From: an uncultured Nitrospiraceae bacterium
GTDB taxonomy: Bacteria; Nitrospirota; Thermodesulfovibrionia; Thermodesulfovibrionales; Dissulfurispiraceae
Assembly (NCBI GenBank): GCA_963705105.1
Contig: CAVPIW010000006.1
Location: 448,001 to 512,000 of the forward strand
Length of the DNA stretch: 64,000 nucleotides
Reading direction: 5' to 3'
The position numbers were made by a program, and so were the translations under genes. The notes beneath the pieces are model-generated. The model made no database searches. It was not told the origin of the DNA and saw only the letters and a list, made by a program, of their open reading frames with translations. Position 1 is the first letter of the stretch. Each line of letters opens with the position of its first letter. Of this stretch, positions 19,482 to 29,656 are shown piece by piece.

Positions 19482-20480
19482 ATGGCGACAGCACTGAGTT
19501 TGAAAGAGTTATCCAAGAAAGAGGACCTCCTGACGGGTGGTCACCGGATGTGCGCCGGCTGCGGCGCTCCCGTGGTCGTGAAGATGGTGCTTTTTGCCGC
19601 TGAACATCCCGTCGTCGTTGCCAACGCGACGGGGTGCCTCGAAGTATCGACCTGCATATCTCAGTATACCGCATGGCGGACCCCCTGGATACACAACGCC
19701 TTTGAAAATGCCGCTGCGACGCTTTCGGGTGTCGAGGCGATGTACCGGTCCATGAAAAAGCAGGGCAAGATCGAAAAGGACATCAAGTTCATCGCCTTCG
19801 GTGGTGACGGTGGAACTTATGACATCGGTTTTCAAAGCCTCTCGGGCGCCATGGAAAGGGGTCACGACATGCTCTATATATGTTATGACAACGGCGCATA
19901 CATGAACACGGGCATTCAGCGTTCGAGCGCCACACCCATCGGCGCCGATACGACGACCTGTCCCGCCGGCAGTGTCGTACCGGGCAAGCTTCAGGAGAGG
20001 AAAGACATGACGAAGATCCTGGCTGCCCATGGCATTCCCTATGTCGCTCAGGCCTCTCCGAGCCACTGGTCCGATCTCATGAAGAAGGTCAGAAAGGCAC
20101 TCAGCATCGAAGGCCCGAAATTCATGAACATTCTCGCTCCCTGCAACCGCGGATGGAGAACGAGGACCGATGACGCGATCCAGCTGAGCAGGCTTGCCGT
20201 GCAGACCTGTTACTGGCCCCTCTTCGAGATCGATCATGGCGTAACGCGGGTCACCTACAAGCCGCGGGAAAGAAAACCCCTTGTCGAGTTCCTCAGGCCG
20301 CAGGGAAGGTTCAGACACCTCTTTGCGCCGGAGAACGAGTGGGTCCTCGCGAAACTTGAGGAATCAGTCGATAGATACTGGGAAAGATTATTGAAAGAAG
20401 AGGAGTTTACAGCTCCGAAAGGCGAGCCGGCTGCAGAGGAAGCGCAGGAAACCGAGACGGCCGAATCACCAGCAAGCTAA
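19482..20480 (+). CDS. porB: Pyruvate:ferredoxin oxidoreductase beta subunit
   Basis: GHRMCAGCG, ATGCLEV, TPP motif GGDGGTYDIG..YDN, YMNTGIQRS. Confidence 0.95.
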   Translation: MATALSLKELSKKEDLLTGGHRMCAGCGAPVVVKMVLFAAEHPVVVANATGCLEVSTCISQYTAWRTPWIHNAFENAAATLSGVEAMYRSMKKQGKIEKDIKFIAFGGDGGTYDIGFQSLSGAMERGHDMLYICYDNGAYMNTGIQRSSATPIGADTTTCPAGSVVPGKLQERKDMTKILAAHGIPYVAQASPSHWSDLMKKVRKALSIEGPKFMNILAPCNRGWRTRTDDAIQLSRLAVQTCYWPLFEIDHGVTRVTYKPRERKPLVEFLRPQGRFRHLFAPENEWVLAKLEESVDRYWERLLKEEEFTAPKGEPAAEEAQETETAESPAS

Positions 20481-21422
20481 CCGGAGTGCCCCGGGCGCCA
20501 CATCGATATGGACCGGTGTGGCGCCCGCGGGATCTCCGTCAACCTGCACCGCCGCCGTACCACTCACCGACAGCCGTTCTGCCCTGAAATATCTGATGTC
20601 CCGCAGCATCAGGTGCTTTCCCAGCACAATGGCCGAAGCATACCGCAAGAGATCGATCCTGCCGCCGCTTTGTGTTATGAAGACATACAGGTCCGGGTCG
20701 CCAAGGGCAGCATCGGGGGTTATTCTGAAGTCTCCCCCATAGTAGCCGGATTTTCCCGCGATGACAGCATAGCCCCCGAGAACGAGTGATTCCTGCCCGC
20801 CTTCCGGCAAAGACTCCACCTTTCCCTTCCCCGGAATGCCCTGCACCCCCGACGCACGTATCTCGAGGAGACCGGGACGATACCCGGCAAGGGTCCTGAA
20901 TCCGCTCAGCACGTACGCCAACTTTCCCAGACGCCTTTTCGCGGTACTTCCCACGCGGGCGACAGCCTCTCCGTCGAAGCCGATACCAGCCATCAGGAGG
21001 AAGTACCGCGATGTCCCACTGCCATCGGTGAGCCTGCCCAGATGGACGGTCCGGCTGAGGCCGGATACGGCCAGATCGATCGCTTTCTCAACATCTGTAC
21101 CGATGCCGATTTCCCTGGCCAGCACGGATGTCGTGCCCAGGGGCAGGACAGCCATGGGGACGGATGTATAGGCAAGCCCCTGGGCGACCTCATTGTAGGT
21201 GCCGTCGCCTCCTGCCGCGATCACGGGCGTCACATTTTCTCCTGATACCGATGATTTTTGCGCTATCGTCCGGGCGATGCGCTCGCCGTCCCCCCGCCTC
21301 TCCGTGAAATGGACGAGAGGGGAAAATCCCCTCTTCCTGAGAGACTGGAGTGTCTTTTCGAGAATCGACTTCGAAAAACCCCCGGCAACGGGATTGCAGA
21401 TTATGGAAATCTCCCTGTTCAT
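20466..21422 (-). CDS. Diacylglycerol kinase family lipid kinase (YegS/DagK-like)
   Basis: NPVAG, AGGDGTYNEV, PLGT, GIGFD, QVDGD. Confidence 0.92.
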   Translation of the reverse strand: MNREISIICNPVAGGFSKSILEKTLQSLRKRGFSPLVHFTERRGDGERIARTIAQKSSVSGENVTPVIAAGGDGTYNEVAQGLAYTSVPMAVLPLGTTSVLAREIGIGTDVEKAIDLAVSGLSRTVHLGRLTDGSGTSRYFLLMAGIGFDGEAVARVGSTAKRRLGKLAYVLSGFRTLAGYRPGLLEIRASGVQGIPGKGKVESLPEGGQESLVLGGYAVIAGKSGYYGGDFRITPDAALGDPDLYVFITQSGGRIDLLRYASAIVLGKHLMLRDIRYFRAERLSVSGTAAVQVDGDPAGATPVHIDVAPGALRLACW

Positions 21423-21429
21423 GAGTTGA

Positions 21430-21602
21430 CCCTGCAGCGGCATACAAAGAAGGGGTGAAGCGCTCTGAAAAATTGTGCCCGTGACAGTGTGAGTGTGAGC
21501 ATATGTACACCTCTCTTGTGACGCATACCGTGTCGCCGCAGCAAGGTTTTCGGCGCATTCACCCCAGCCCCGCCTTTCCGGAAAGCGTCTGCAAAGATAA
21601 GG
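21430..21602. mobile_element. MITE-like family 1, copy 3
   Basis: CCCTGCAGCGGCA.. to ..GCAAAGATAAGG, flanked by TTGA at 21426-21429 and 21603-21606; short hexamer tract inside. Confidence 0.8.
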
Positions 21603-21611
21603 TTGACGCTG

Positions 21612-22358
21612 TCACCAAACCGTCAGGACCGGCATGCGCTCGAGATACGAAATGAGTGACTCCGTATCGGTATCCTCGGCAATGTAAAAGACACGCCCGC
21701 CCCTGAGTGACCCCTGTTTCTTGACATGGGGAATCCTCCGGTAACCGAAGGCGCGGGACGCGATGTATCCTGTCGTGTAATCCGGATCGTCGGAAAAGCA
21801 GACCTCAGCGATGACCTGCGGGGCTGAGACGACCTTGGAAGCGAGGATAAGCGCTTCCCGGACCGTAATCGTGTCGATGCCTGCTCTGGACAGCATTCTT
21901 CGCATTTTACGCAGAGACGATCGCTCGATACCGAATCTCGACACCCGGACACCTCTTTCACGGTCCGGCTCGGCTCGGCGTCCTGAGTCCGCCCGAATGA
22001 GCGCAGCGCCCCGCATGGCGTTCGGCGACAAGAGGACAGAAAGCCCGCTATCAATTGCGGAGGAGGAAACGGCGAGAGACGAGAGTGTCGACGTGATGCT
22101 GCGCCGCGCCTGAGCAGGAGACCGGCAAGGGAGCGTGTCTACGTCCAGTAAGGGGATGCGCCGCGGTTCCTGCTGCAACGCTTCAAGTGTCATTATGATG
22201 CTGTCGGGTTTCCCCCTTGGGTGGCTCAGTGCACGGTCGGCATATTCCCTGAGGATCTTTGGCAACTCATGCTCTTCAAATATGCCTTCGGCTCCGGAGA
22301 TGTGTCTCTCCTGTGCCATGCGTCCTGTCTGTGACGCGCGCATCCGTATGGACCACAT
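21612..22358 (-). CDS. bioW: 6-carboxyhexanoate--CoA ligase
   Basis: SIRMRAS, HISGAE, RALSHPRG, MRGA, RGVRVS, EALILASKV, SDDPDYTTGY, GGRVF. Confidence 0.93.
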   Translation of the reverse strand: MWSIRMRASQTGRMAQERHISGAEGIFEEHELPKILREYADRALSHPRGKPDSIIMTLEALQQEPRRIPLLDVDTLPCRSPAQARRSITSTLSSLAVSSSAIDSGLSVLLSPNAMRGAALIRADSGRRAEPDRERGVRVSRFGIERSSLRKMRRMLSRAGIDTITVREALILASKVVSAPQVIAEVCFSDDPDYTTGYIASRAFGYRRIPHVKKQGSLRGGRVFYIAEDTDTESLISYLERMPVLTVW

Positions 22359-22428
22359 GACAAAAATTATACACCAACATGATAAAATACAGGTTAATTC
22401 ACGTGAACAGCTTACCCGGGAGGTTTGC

Positions 22429-22761
22429 ATGAGTGAGAGTATGATGTCGCTGACGCAGGATACATGGGACCGTGAGGTCATACAGTCAAAAGGGGTCTCG
22501 ATCGTCTTCTTCTGGACACCATGGTGCGGTCACTGCAAGATGTTTGCGCCTATTTTTGAAGAGGTCGCCCAGGCATTCGCCGGAAGAATCAAGTTTGCGA
22601 AACTCAATTGTGAGGAATTCGGCGGCGTGGCCAGTGCCTGCCAGGTCATGGGAACTCCCACAATGCTCATTTTCCGTGACGGGGCCCAGGTCGACAAGAT
22701 TCTCGGCGGACTGCCGAAGGCGAATCTCGAGAAAAAGTTTGAGGAAATCCTGGCAGGGTAG
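22429..22761 (+). CDS. trxA: Thioredoxin
   Basis: WCGHC active site, GTPTML cis-Pro loop, 110 aa. Confidence 0.88.
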   Translation: MSESMMSLTQDTWDREVIQSKGVSIVFFWTPWCGHCKMFAPIFEEVAQAFAGRIKFAKLNCEEFGGVASACQVMGTPTMLIFRDGAQVDKILGGLPKANLEKKFEEILAG

Positions 22762-22833
22762 GGGAGAGGGTGTTTCACAGGTTCTGACACTCACACCCAT
22801 ACTGACAGGAAACAAAGGTTCTATGCACTGGCA

Positions 22834-23045
22834 CTCACAAGTTGCATACAACGGCGGGACAAAGTGCCTCAAAGCCTTGCTGATAGCGAGCATGATCATC
22901 TGAAATTGGGGATTGGGAATTCCACCCTTTGTGTCATCACCCGTCGGCCTGACATGTTCCGTATGGGAAGGCAAAGGTTTCTCAGCACCAGGGCATTTCG
23001 GCATCTTTGCCCCGCCTTTCCGGATGTCCTATTACAGCAATAAGG
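22834..23045. mobile_element. MITE-like family 1, copy 4 (left tip degraded)
   Basis: GTTGCATAC..GGCGGGACAAAGTGCCTCAAAGCCTTGCTGATAGCGAG to ..CCCCGCCTTTCC..CAATAAGG; close to the reverse complement of 61489-61740. Confidence 0.8.
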
Positions 23046-23054
23046 TATTCTCAC

Positions 23055-23867
23055 ATGGATATACCGGCAAAGCGATGGTTAGATTCGATATCCGTGCGAA
23101 GGTCACGGCGGCATTTCGACGGCAGGAAGATCGACGCTGCGGTTTTCACCACCCTTGAAAGGGTGTGCCGCGATTTTGTCCCCTTTCCGGAGGCGAGAGC
23201 AATCCTTATCCCGATGCCGCCTGATGATGTGCTGCGGGGAGCCGTCGGCACCTATGGCAAGATAAAGGGCGCACCCGCTTTCATCGCCTTCGTGGGGTCC
23301 ACGGATTCGGCCAATGTCCAGGAGAAAACGGGCTATACCGGGGAGGGGATTATTCTCGAAGCGACAGCCCTTCGGCTCGACACCTGCTGGGTCGGTGGTT
23401 TTTTTAGGCCCGAAGCGGCTGCAGACGTCATCGGCATTAAACGACCGGAACGTGTCCTGGCCGTCTGCCCTATCGGGTATGCCAGGAATGACTGGTCTCT
23501 CGAAGAAAAGATCATGACCGGTTTCGGCAGGAGTCACCGCAGAAAACCCCTGGAGGAGATTGTTACGGGCCTTCCGGAGGTGCAGTGGCCTCCCTGGGTG
23601 AAGCCTGCCGTGGAGGCTGCACGGCTCGCCCCCTCGGCGGTCAACCGGCAGCCCTGGAGGTTTCACATCGGTGATCAAAGCATTACTGTCTCTGTCGACA
23701 ATCTGAAGGATTCGTACAAGATCTCAAAACGTCTCGACTGCGGCATCGCCATGCTTCACATCGAGACGGCATGCCGTGCCGGGGGGGTCGGGGGAACCTG
23801 GGAGATACTCGATCCGCCGCTCGTCGGCAAGTTTACGGTTGAGGTAAATGTGTACGATGAAGAATAG
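23055..23867 (+). CDS. Nitroreductase family protein (two-domain type)
   Basis: RRSRRHF, GYTGE, TCWVG, ARLAPSAVNRQPWRF, DCGIAMLH. Confidence 0.9.
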   Translation: MDIPAKRWLDSISVRRSRRHFDGRKIDAAVFTTLERVCRDFVPFPEARAILIPMPPDDVLRGAVGTYGKIKGAPAFIAFVGSTDSANVQEKTGYTGEGIILEATALRLDTCWVGGFFRPEAAADVIGIKRPERVLAVCPIGYARNDWSLEEKIMTGFGRSHRRKPLEEIVTGLPEVQWPPWVKPAVEAARLAPSAVNRQPWRFHIGDQSITVSVDNLKDSYKISKRLDCGIAMLHIETACRAGGVGGTWEILDPPLVGKFTVEVNVYDEE

Positions 23868-25167
23868 GGCGGGAAAGACCTACTACATAGAGACCTGGGG
23901 CTGCCAGATGAACATTCATGACTCGGAGAGAATGTCCGGCATGCTCCGGGCGGAAGGATATGCCGAGACAGGAGATCCCGAAAAGGCCGACATCGTCATC
24001 CTGAATACCTGCAGCATCAGGCAGAAGGCGGAGCAGAAATTCTTCAGCCAGCTCGGCTTGATCAGGCGCCTCAAAAAGGGCAGGCCTGAGATGAAAGTCG
24101 TCGTTGCCGGCTGCATCGCCCAACAGGAAGGTGAAGGCCTCTTCAGGCGATCCCCTGCCGTCGACTTCGTCGTCGGCCCCCAGCAGATCGGCGCCGTCAA
24201 AGACATTGCCGGCGGTTCTGCGCCTCCCGTCTCGACAGGCGACAATCCGTCACTCCTCGGGAGTGAATTCCCGGCCGAGAGAAAAGACGCCCTTCGGGCC
24301 TGGGTCACAATCATGTACGGCTGTGACAACTTCTGCAGCTACTGCGTCGTTCCCTATACAAGGGGGAGGGAGCAGAGCAGGCCCCGGCATGATATACTGC
24401 GGGAGATCAGGGATCTTGCCTCGCAGGGATTCAGGGAAGTCAGCCTTCTGGGACAAAATGTCAACTCCTACCGTTCCGACGTCGATTTCTGCGGTCTTCT
24501 GAGTGAAATCAACACAATTGAGGGTATCGAACGTATCCGTTTCGTCACGTCCCATCCGAAGGATTTCTCCGAGCCACTCATGACGGCCATGGCTGAACTC
24601 GACAAGGTCTGCGAGCATATCCACCTGCCTCTCCAGTCGGGATCGACTGGGGTCCTGCGGCTGATGAACAGACGGTACACCTATGATGAATATCGAAGGA
24701 AGATAGACGCACTGCGGAAGAAGATACCCGGAATCGCAATAACATCAGATATTATCGCCGGATTTCCGAATGAGACGGATGAGGACCACGCCATGACCAT
24801 GAGGGCGCTCTCGGAGCTCGATTTCGACGGTATCTTCGCTTTTTGCTTTTCACCAAGACCCGGGACAAAAGCCGCGACCATGATGGGACAAATCGACCAG
24901 TCCGTCAAAACGGCGAGGCTGTCAGAGATACTAGCGCTGCAAAATGATGTGACGGAACGGAAAAACAGGCAGTTAAAGGGCACTTTGCAGGAAGTACTTA
25001 TCGAAGGCCGGGACAGCATGGGGAGAGGCAAAATGACGGGAAGGACGAGAACCAATAAGATCGTGAACATTGCTCCCCCTGCTGACGGAATTTCACGGGA
25101 CCTCGTGACAGTCAGGATCATCCGCACATACCGCCATTCACTGGAGGGAGATCTCGAGAGAGGATGA
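23848..25167 (+). CDS. miaB: tRNA (i6A37) methylthiotransferase
   Basis: TWGCQMNIHDSE, NTCSIR, GCDNFCSYC, LLGQNVNSY, FVTSHP, TRAM domain. Confidence 0.95.
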   Translation: MCTMKNRAGKTYYIETWGCQMNIHDSERMSGMLRAEGYAETGDPEKADIVILNTCSIRQKAEQKFFSQLGLIRRLKKGRPEMKVVVAGCIAQQEGEGLFRRSPAVDFVVGPQQIGAVKDIAGGSAPPVSTGDNPSLLGSEFPAERKDALRAWVTIMYGCDNFCSYCVVPYTRGREQSRPRHDILREIRDLASQGFREVSLLGQNVNSYRSDVDFCGLLSEINTIEGIERIRFVTSHPKDFSEPLMTAMAELDKVCEHIHLPLQSGSTGVLRLMNRRYTYDEYRRKIDALRKKIPGIAITSDIIAGFPNETDEDHAMTMRALSELDFDGIFAFCFSPRPGTKAATMMGQIDQSVKTARLSEILALQNDVTERKNRQLKGTLQEVLIEGRDSMGRGKMTGRTRTNKIVNIAPPADGISRDLVTVRIIRTYRHSLEGDLERG

Positions 25168-26423
25168 AGATCGCCCTCATAACTCTTGGGTGCAGAACGA
25201 ATCAGGCCGAATCTTTCCGCATAGAACGGGCAATCCGAGAGGCCCGTCATCAGGTCGTGGAGCGTCCCGATGAGGCGGATCTCTGCATCATTAATACCTG
25301 TACAGTAACGGGAAAGGCCGACCTGCAGTCCAGGCAGGTCATTAGGCGCGCGCTGCGAAAGGGAAAGCGTGTTATCGCAACGGGGTGCTTCACGGAGCTG
25401 AATCGTCCTGAAATGGGTGATTGCGGAGGTGATCTGACATTAGTTCCGAACGATAAAAAGGATGACATTATTAAACTGATCGGTGAGGCACAGCCCGGGA
25501 AGACCGCCGTAATCGCGAAAGAGGGCAGAAAACGCCCTGTCATTAAAGTCCAGGACGGCTGCGATCAGTCCTGCAGTTACTGCGTCGTTCCTGCCGCAAG
25601 GGGTCGCTCGCGGAGCAGCACCATCTCCGATGTTCTCAGCGAGATTGCCCTCTGCGAAGACGAGGGATACAATGAAATCGTTTTGTCAGGCATACATCTC
25701 GGCATGTACGGGCGGGATCACGACCCCGGGGAGACGTTGTCATCTCTCCTGGAGAACATTCTCCTAAGGTGCCGCATTCCCCGTATCCGCCTGAGCTCAC
25801 TCGAAATCAGCGAGATAGATGAGAGGTTACTTGAAGTCATGTCGGACGATCGCATCTGCCGGCATCTTCATGTGCCACTGCAGAGCGGAAGCGACAACAT
25901 ACTGAAAAGTATGAATAGGTCGTACACAGCCAGGTCTTTTATCGATACGATTGCCGCTGTTCACTCGCGCTTCCCCGACATGGCGATCGGCACGGACATC
26001 ATCGTCGGATTTCCCGGGGAAGGTCCGGAGGAATTTCACCGGACGTGCTCTGTCGTCAGGATGCTGCCTTTTTCGTATCTCCATGCTTTTTCTTATTCTC
26101 CCAGGCCTTATACGCGGGCTGCGCTCTTAAAGGACCATGTCGAAGGATCCATAAAGAAAGACCGTGTCTCAGAGCTCAGACGACTGGGCGAGCTCAAGAG
26201 AGAGGCCTTCATTGTGAAGCAGACCGGTCAAGTCCTGGGCGGAATCGTCGAAAAGAATACAAGTGACGGCTCCCTGGTCATGACAGGAAACTACATCAGA
26301 GTCTTTCTCGGCGGTTACAGGGCGCCGGACGAGGGAATCCTTGTCAATGTTCGCATCGGGGGCTATGAAAAGGGCCGTGCTCTCGGATATCCTGTAAATC
26401 TGTCAGAACCCGCTCACAAATAG
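25164..26423 (+). CDS. mtaB: tRNA (t6A37) methylthiotransferase MtaB-like
   Basis: TLGCRTNQAES, INTCTVT, KVQDGCDQSCSYC, LSGIHLG, RLSSLE. Confidence 0.88.
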   Translation: MKIALITLGCRTNQAESFRIERAIREARHQVVERPDEADLCIINTCTVTGKADLQSRQVIRRALRKGKRVIATGCFTELNRPEMGDCGGDLTLVPNDKKDDIIKLIGEAQPGKTAVIAKEGRKRPVIKVQDGCDQSCSYCVVPAARGRSRSSTISDVLSEIALCEDEGYNEIVLSGIHLGMYGRDHDPGETLSSLLENILLRCRIPRIRLSSLEISEIDERLLEVMSDDRICRHLHVPLQSGSDNILKSMNRSYTARSFIDTIAAVHSRFPDMAIGTDIIVGFPGEGPEEFHRTCSVVRMLPFSYLHAFSYSPRPYTRAALLKDHVEGSIKKDRVSELRRLGELKREAFIVKQTGQVLGGIVEKNTSDGSLVMTGNYIRVFLGGYRAPDEGILVNVRIGGYEKGRALGYPVNLSEPAHK

Positions 26424-26540
26424 CTCTTTTCGATCTGCCCAGTTGTTGTTCATTTCCGATGGAAGCCAGTCATCAGGCTTAACAGGGTCATTTTTCAACT
26501 CACTTCATAACAGGTTGTCAACATTTTATGTTTATTTGTT

Positions 26541-26568
26541 ATGACCGATAAGATATATTATGTAAAGT
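26541..26568. other. Probable chromosomal dif site (XerC/XerD)
   Basis: ATGACCGATAA-GATATA-TTATGTAAAGT: 11-6-11 layout, right arm close to E. coli XerD arm TTATGTTAAAT, AT-rich intergenic location. Confidence 0.8.
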
Positions 26569-26762
26569 TATTATAACGTCACACCGGAACGTTTCCTTTT
26601 CGGAATGCCTCATTCCCGGCTATCCCTTCATCGCTTCCCTGAACTCCTCCAGGCTAACTCCATCAGCATCTGTCATTGTCTGTTTTTTCAGTCAATCCCC
26701 TCGGTCCCCTTCTCCGGGGGGATGCTCACACAATCGTTTTCACCGGCATTTTCCTCATCCTT

Positions 26763-26913
26763 CTTTGCGGCTTTGCGTGAGACAATCTTGAAATATGTTC
26801 CATTCACTGACACTGTCTTGTTCTTTCTTTGCGCGCTTTGCGGCTTTGCGTGAAACAATCTTGAAATATGTTCCATTTACTGACACTCACACTGACACTG
26901 ACACTGTCTTGTT
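26763..26913. repeat. Composite tandem repeat, about 2 units, 73-bp period
   Basis: CTTTGCG nonamer-type tract + AATCTTGAAATATGTTCCATT + CACTGA hexamers + CTTGTT; same unit at 37614-37803. Confidence 0.9.
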
Positions 26914-26986
26914 TCCGTTGTTTTGACATACACAATAATGATATAGTGAAAAGCGCTTGATTCATCGATCAACAGGAGGCATAGAC

Positions 26987-28675
26987 ATGATGTTCTCGAA
27001 AATGTTTATCCCGACCATGCGGGATGTCCCCTCCGACGTCGAGGCTGTCAGCCACAGGCTGCTGCTCCGTGCCGGTTTTGTGCGGCAACTCGCTGCGGGT
27101 CTCTATATCTATCTGCCCCTCGGCTGGAGGGTCCTCAACAGGGTCAACCGTATCTTAAAGGAAGAGATGGATGCGATCGGGGCCCAGGAGATCTCGATGC
27201 CCGTGCTCCACCCTGCCGAGGTGTGGCAGAAAACGGGACGCTGGCAGGAGATCGGGGAGGAGATGTTTCGCCTCAAGGACAGGACAGGCAGGGACATGTG
27301 TCTCGGGATGACCCACGAGGAGATCATGACATGGCTGGCGTCCCGGGAGATCCGTTCCTACAGGGACCTGCCCCAGGTCTGGTACCAGATACAGACGAAG
27401 CTGCGCGACGAGGCGAGATCACGGGGCGGGATCCTGCGCACCCGCGAGTTCATCATGAAGGACAGCTACAGCTTTGATATGGACGATGACGGACTCGACA
27501 GGAACTATGAGCTCCATGCCGGGGCCTACCACAGGATATTCCTCCGCTGCGGCCTCACCTTTCACCAGGTCGAATCGGATCCGGGGATGATGGGAGGCGC
27601 CGGGGCTCATGAGTTCATGGCGCCGACGCCGGCCGGCGAGGACGAGATCGTTCTTTGCGACGCCTGCGGGTATGCGGCGAATGTGGAGATCGCACGGACC
27701 AGCTCCCCGCCTCTCAGGGAGCAGACATGGGCTGTCGAAGAACTCCACACGCCTGACAAGAGAACCGTAAAGGAAGTTTCTCAGTTCTTGCAGATAAGTC
27801 CCGAATATTTCATAAAAAGTCTCCTGCTGATCACACCGGGAGGACCTGTGCTTGCCCTGATCCGCGGTGATCAGGAGCTGCACGAGAAGAAGATGACCCG
27901 TATCGTCGGGCAATTCAGAGCCGCCGGCAAGGATGAGGTGCTCTCGATGCTCGGCGTCGAGGCAGGCTTCATCGGCCCCACGGGCCATGCATTGAGGAAG
28001 ATCGGCGACCTGTCCCTCAGGGAAGGCACATATGTAACGGGAGCGAACAAGCCTGATTTTCATATGCGGGGGATTCAGCCCTCCGTCCATTTCGAGGCTG
28101 AATGGCATGACATCCATGTCGCCCGCGCCGGAGACGCCTGTGCCCTGTGCGGCCATGCCGTCCGGATCGAAAAGGCGATCGAGATCGGGAACATTTTTAA
28201 ACTGGGAACGAAATACTCCACCGCCCTTGAAGCCCTCTACCTCGACCGGGAGGGACAGTCGAGACCGGTCATCATGGGCAGCTACGGCATCGGGCCGGCC
28301 CGCATCGCCGCCGCCGCCGTCGAGCAAAATAATGACAAGGACGGCATCGTCTGGCCGAAGAGCATCTCACCTTTCGACGTCGAAATCATCCCCCTTTCGG
28401 TGAGCGACGACAGGACCATGGACGTGGCAGCGTCTCTCCTGGCATCACTTTCCGAACGGAACCTTGAAGTGCTTGTTGACGACCGGGATGAAAGGCCCGG
28501 CGTGAAGTTCAAGGACGCCGACCTGATCGGCATCCCGGTGCATATCATTATCGGTGAGAAGAACCTGAAGGACGGCAACGTGGAAGTGAAGAACCGCAGG
28601 ACGAAGGAGGTCCGCAAGGTCGCCGTCGGCAATGCTGCGGAGGAGACGATCCGGATGCGATCAGAAGTTCCGTAA
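26987..28675 (+). CDS. proS: Proline--tRNA ligase (bacterial type with insertion domain)
   Basis: SHRLLLRAG, LGMTHEE, YQIQTKLRDE, REFIMKDSYSF, IEIGNIFKLG, MGSYGIG. Confidence 0.97.
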   Translation: MMFSKMFIPTMRDVPSDVEAVSHRLLLRAGFVRQLAAGLYIYLPLGWRVLNRVNRILKEEMDAIGAQEISMPVLHPAEVWQKTGRWQEIGEEMFRLKDRTGRDMCLGMTHEEIMTWLASREIRSYRDLPQVWYQIQTKLRDEARSRGGILRTREFIMKDSYSFDMDDDGLDRNYELHAGAYHRIFLRCGLTFHQVESDPGMMGGAGAHEFMAPTPAGEDEIVLCDACGYAANVEIARTSSPPLREQTWAVEELHTPDKRTVKEVSQFLQISPEYFIKSLLLITPGGPVLALIRGDQELHEKKMTRIVGQFRAAGKDEVLSMLGVEAGFIGPTGHALRKIGDLSLREGTYVTGANKPDFHMRGIQPSVHFEAEWHDIHVARAGDACALCGHAVRIEKAIEIGNIFKLGTKYSTALEALYLDREGQSRPVIMGSYGIGPARIAAAAVEQNNDKDGIVWPKSISPFDVEIIPLSVSDDRTMDVAASLLASLSERNLEVLVDDRDERPGVKFKDADLIGIPVHIIIGEKNLKDGNVEVKNRRTKEVRKVAVGNAAEETIRMRSEVP

Positions 28676-29656
28676 ATGGTCGACGCCGAAAAGAGCCATC
28701 CCTGCCCGCCTGTGGCGGTCATCGACGTGGGCACCAATACGATCCGTCTGCTTGTCGGCTCTGTCACGGAAGGCAGGATCAGGCGGATGGTCATGGCGAG
28801 GTCCGTGACGAGGCTCGGGAAGGATCTGGCGGCGACAGGCAATCTGAATGCCTTGAATGTTGATAATTCAATTGCAACGCTACAGCATTTTAAAGCTCTT
28901 TGTAATGACAATAACGTGTGCCGGGTCATCGCCGTCGGGACGAGCGCCCTTCGTGAAGCAGGAAACAGCGGGGATTTCATCGACCGTGTCGGCCGAACCA
29001 CGGGGATCATCATTCGTGTCATTTCCGGTGACGAAGAGGCTGACCTGACACGGACAGGCATTATGGCCGGAGGGGTGACCGGCGACGACCACACCGTTGT
29101 TGTCTTCGACATCGGCGGCGGCAGCACGGAGTGGGTCGTCTGCAACGATCAATGCCGCCGGGGAAGTCTGCCCCTCGGGTGTGTACGTCTCGCTGAACGC
29201 CACATCCGTCACGACCCCCCTATTCCGGAAGAAATAACTTCAGTGAAAAGTGACATAGAACAGACTGTTCATGAATCATCCTTAAATATGCTGTTGAACC
29301 CATCCGGCTGTCTTCAGCGTCGGCCTTGCATAATTACCGGCGGGACGGCGACTACCCTCGCCTCAATAGACCTGGAACTGGACCATTATGACGGTAACAG
29401 GATTCACGGCCACCGACTGCCTTTCGACAGGATCGCTCTCCTCTCATCACGGCTGTCATCGCTGCCGAAGCAGCAACGGGCCAGTGTGAGGGGTCTCGAA
29501 GCGGACCGGGCGGATGTCATCATACCCGGCCTTCTCATTGTCGAGACGATTATGTCACTGGGGGGCATCGGCGAAGCGGTCGTGAGCGATTACGGCCTGC
29601 TTGAGGGACTTGTCGCGGATAAGACATATTGGACGGATAGAGGGGAGGTTAATTGA
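28676..29656 (+). CDS. ppx: Ppx/GppA family phosphatase (short form)
   Basis: IDVGTNTIRL, TSALREA, DIGGGSTE, GGTATT, RADVI, GLLEG. Confidence 0.9.
   Translation: MVDAEKSHPCPPVAVIDVGTNTIRLLVGSVTEGRIRRMVMARSVTRLGKDLAATGNLNALNVDNSIATLQHFKALCNDNNVCRVIAVGTSALREAGNSGDFIDRVGRTTGIIIRVISGDEEADLTRTGIMAGGVTGDDHTVVVFDIGGGSTEWVVCNDQCRRGSLPLGCVRLAERHIRHDPPIPEEITSVKSDIEQTVHESSLNMLLNPSGCLQRRPCIITGGTATTLASIDLELDHYDGNRIHGHRLPFDRIALLSSRLSSLPKQQRASVRGLEADRADVIIPGLLIVETIMSLGGIGEAVVSDYGLLEGLVADKTYWTDRGEVN

Noticed and set aside
26480..26600. Replication origin in the AT-rich gap
   Set aside because: No good TTATCCACA boxes and no dnaA nearby; dif explains the motif better
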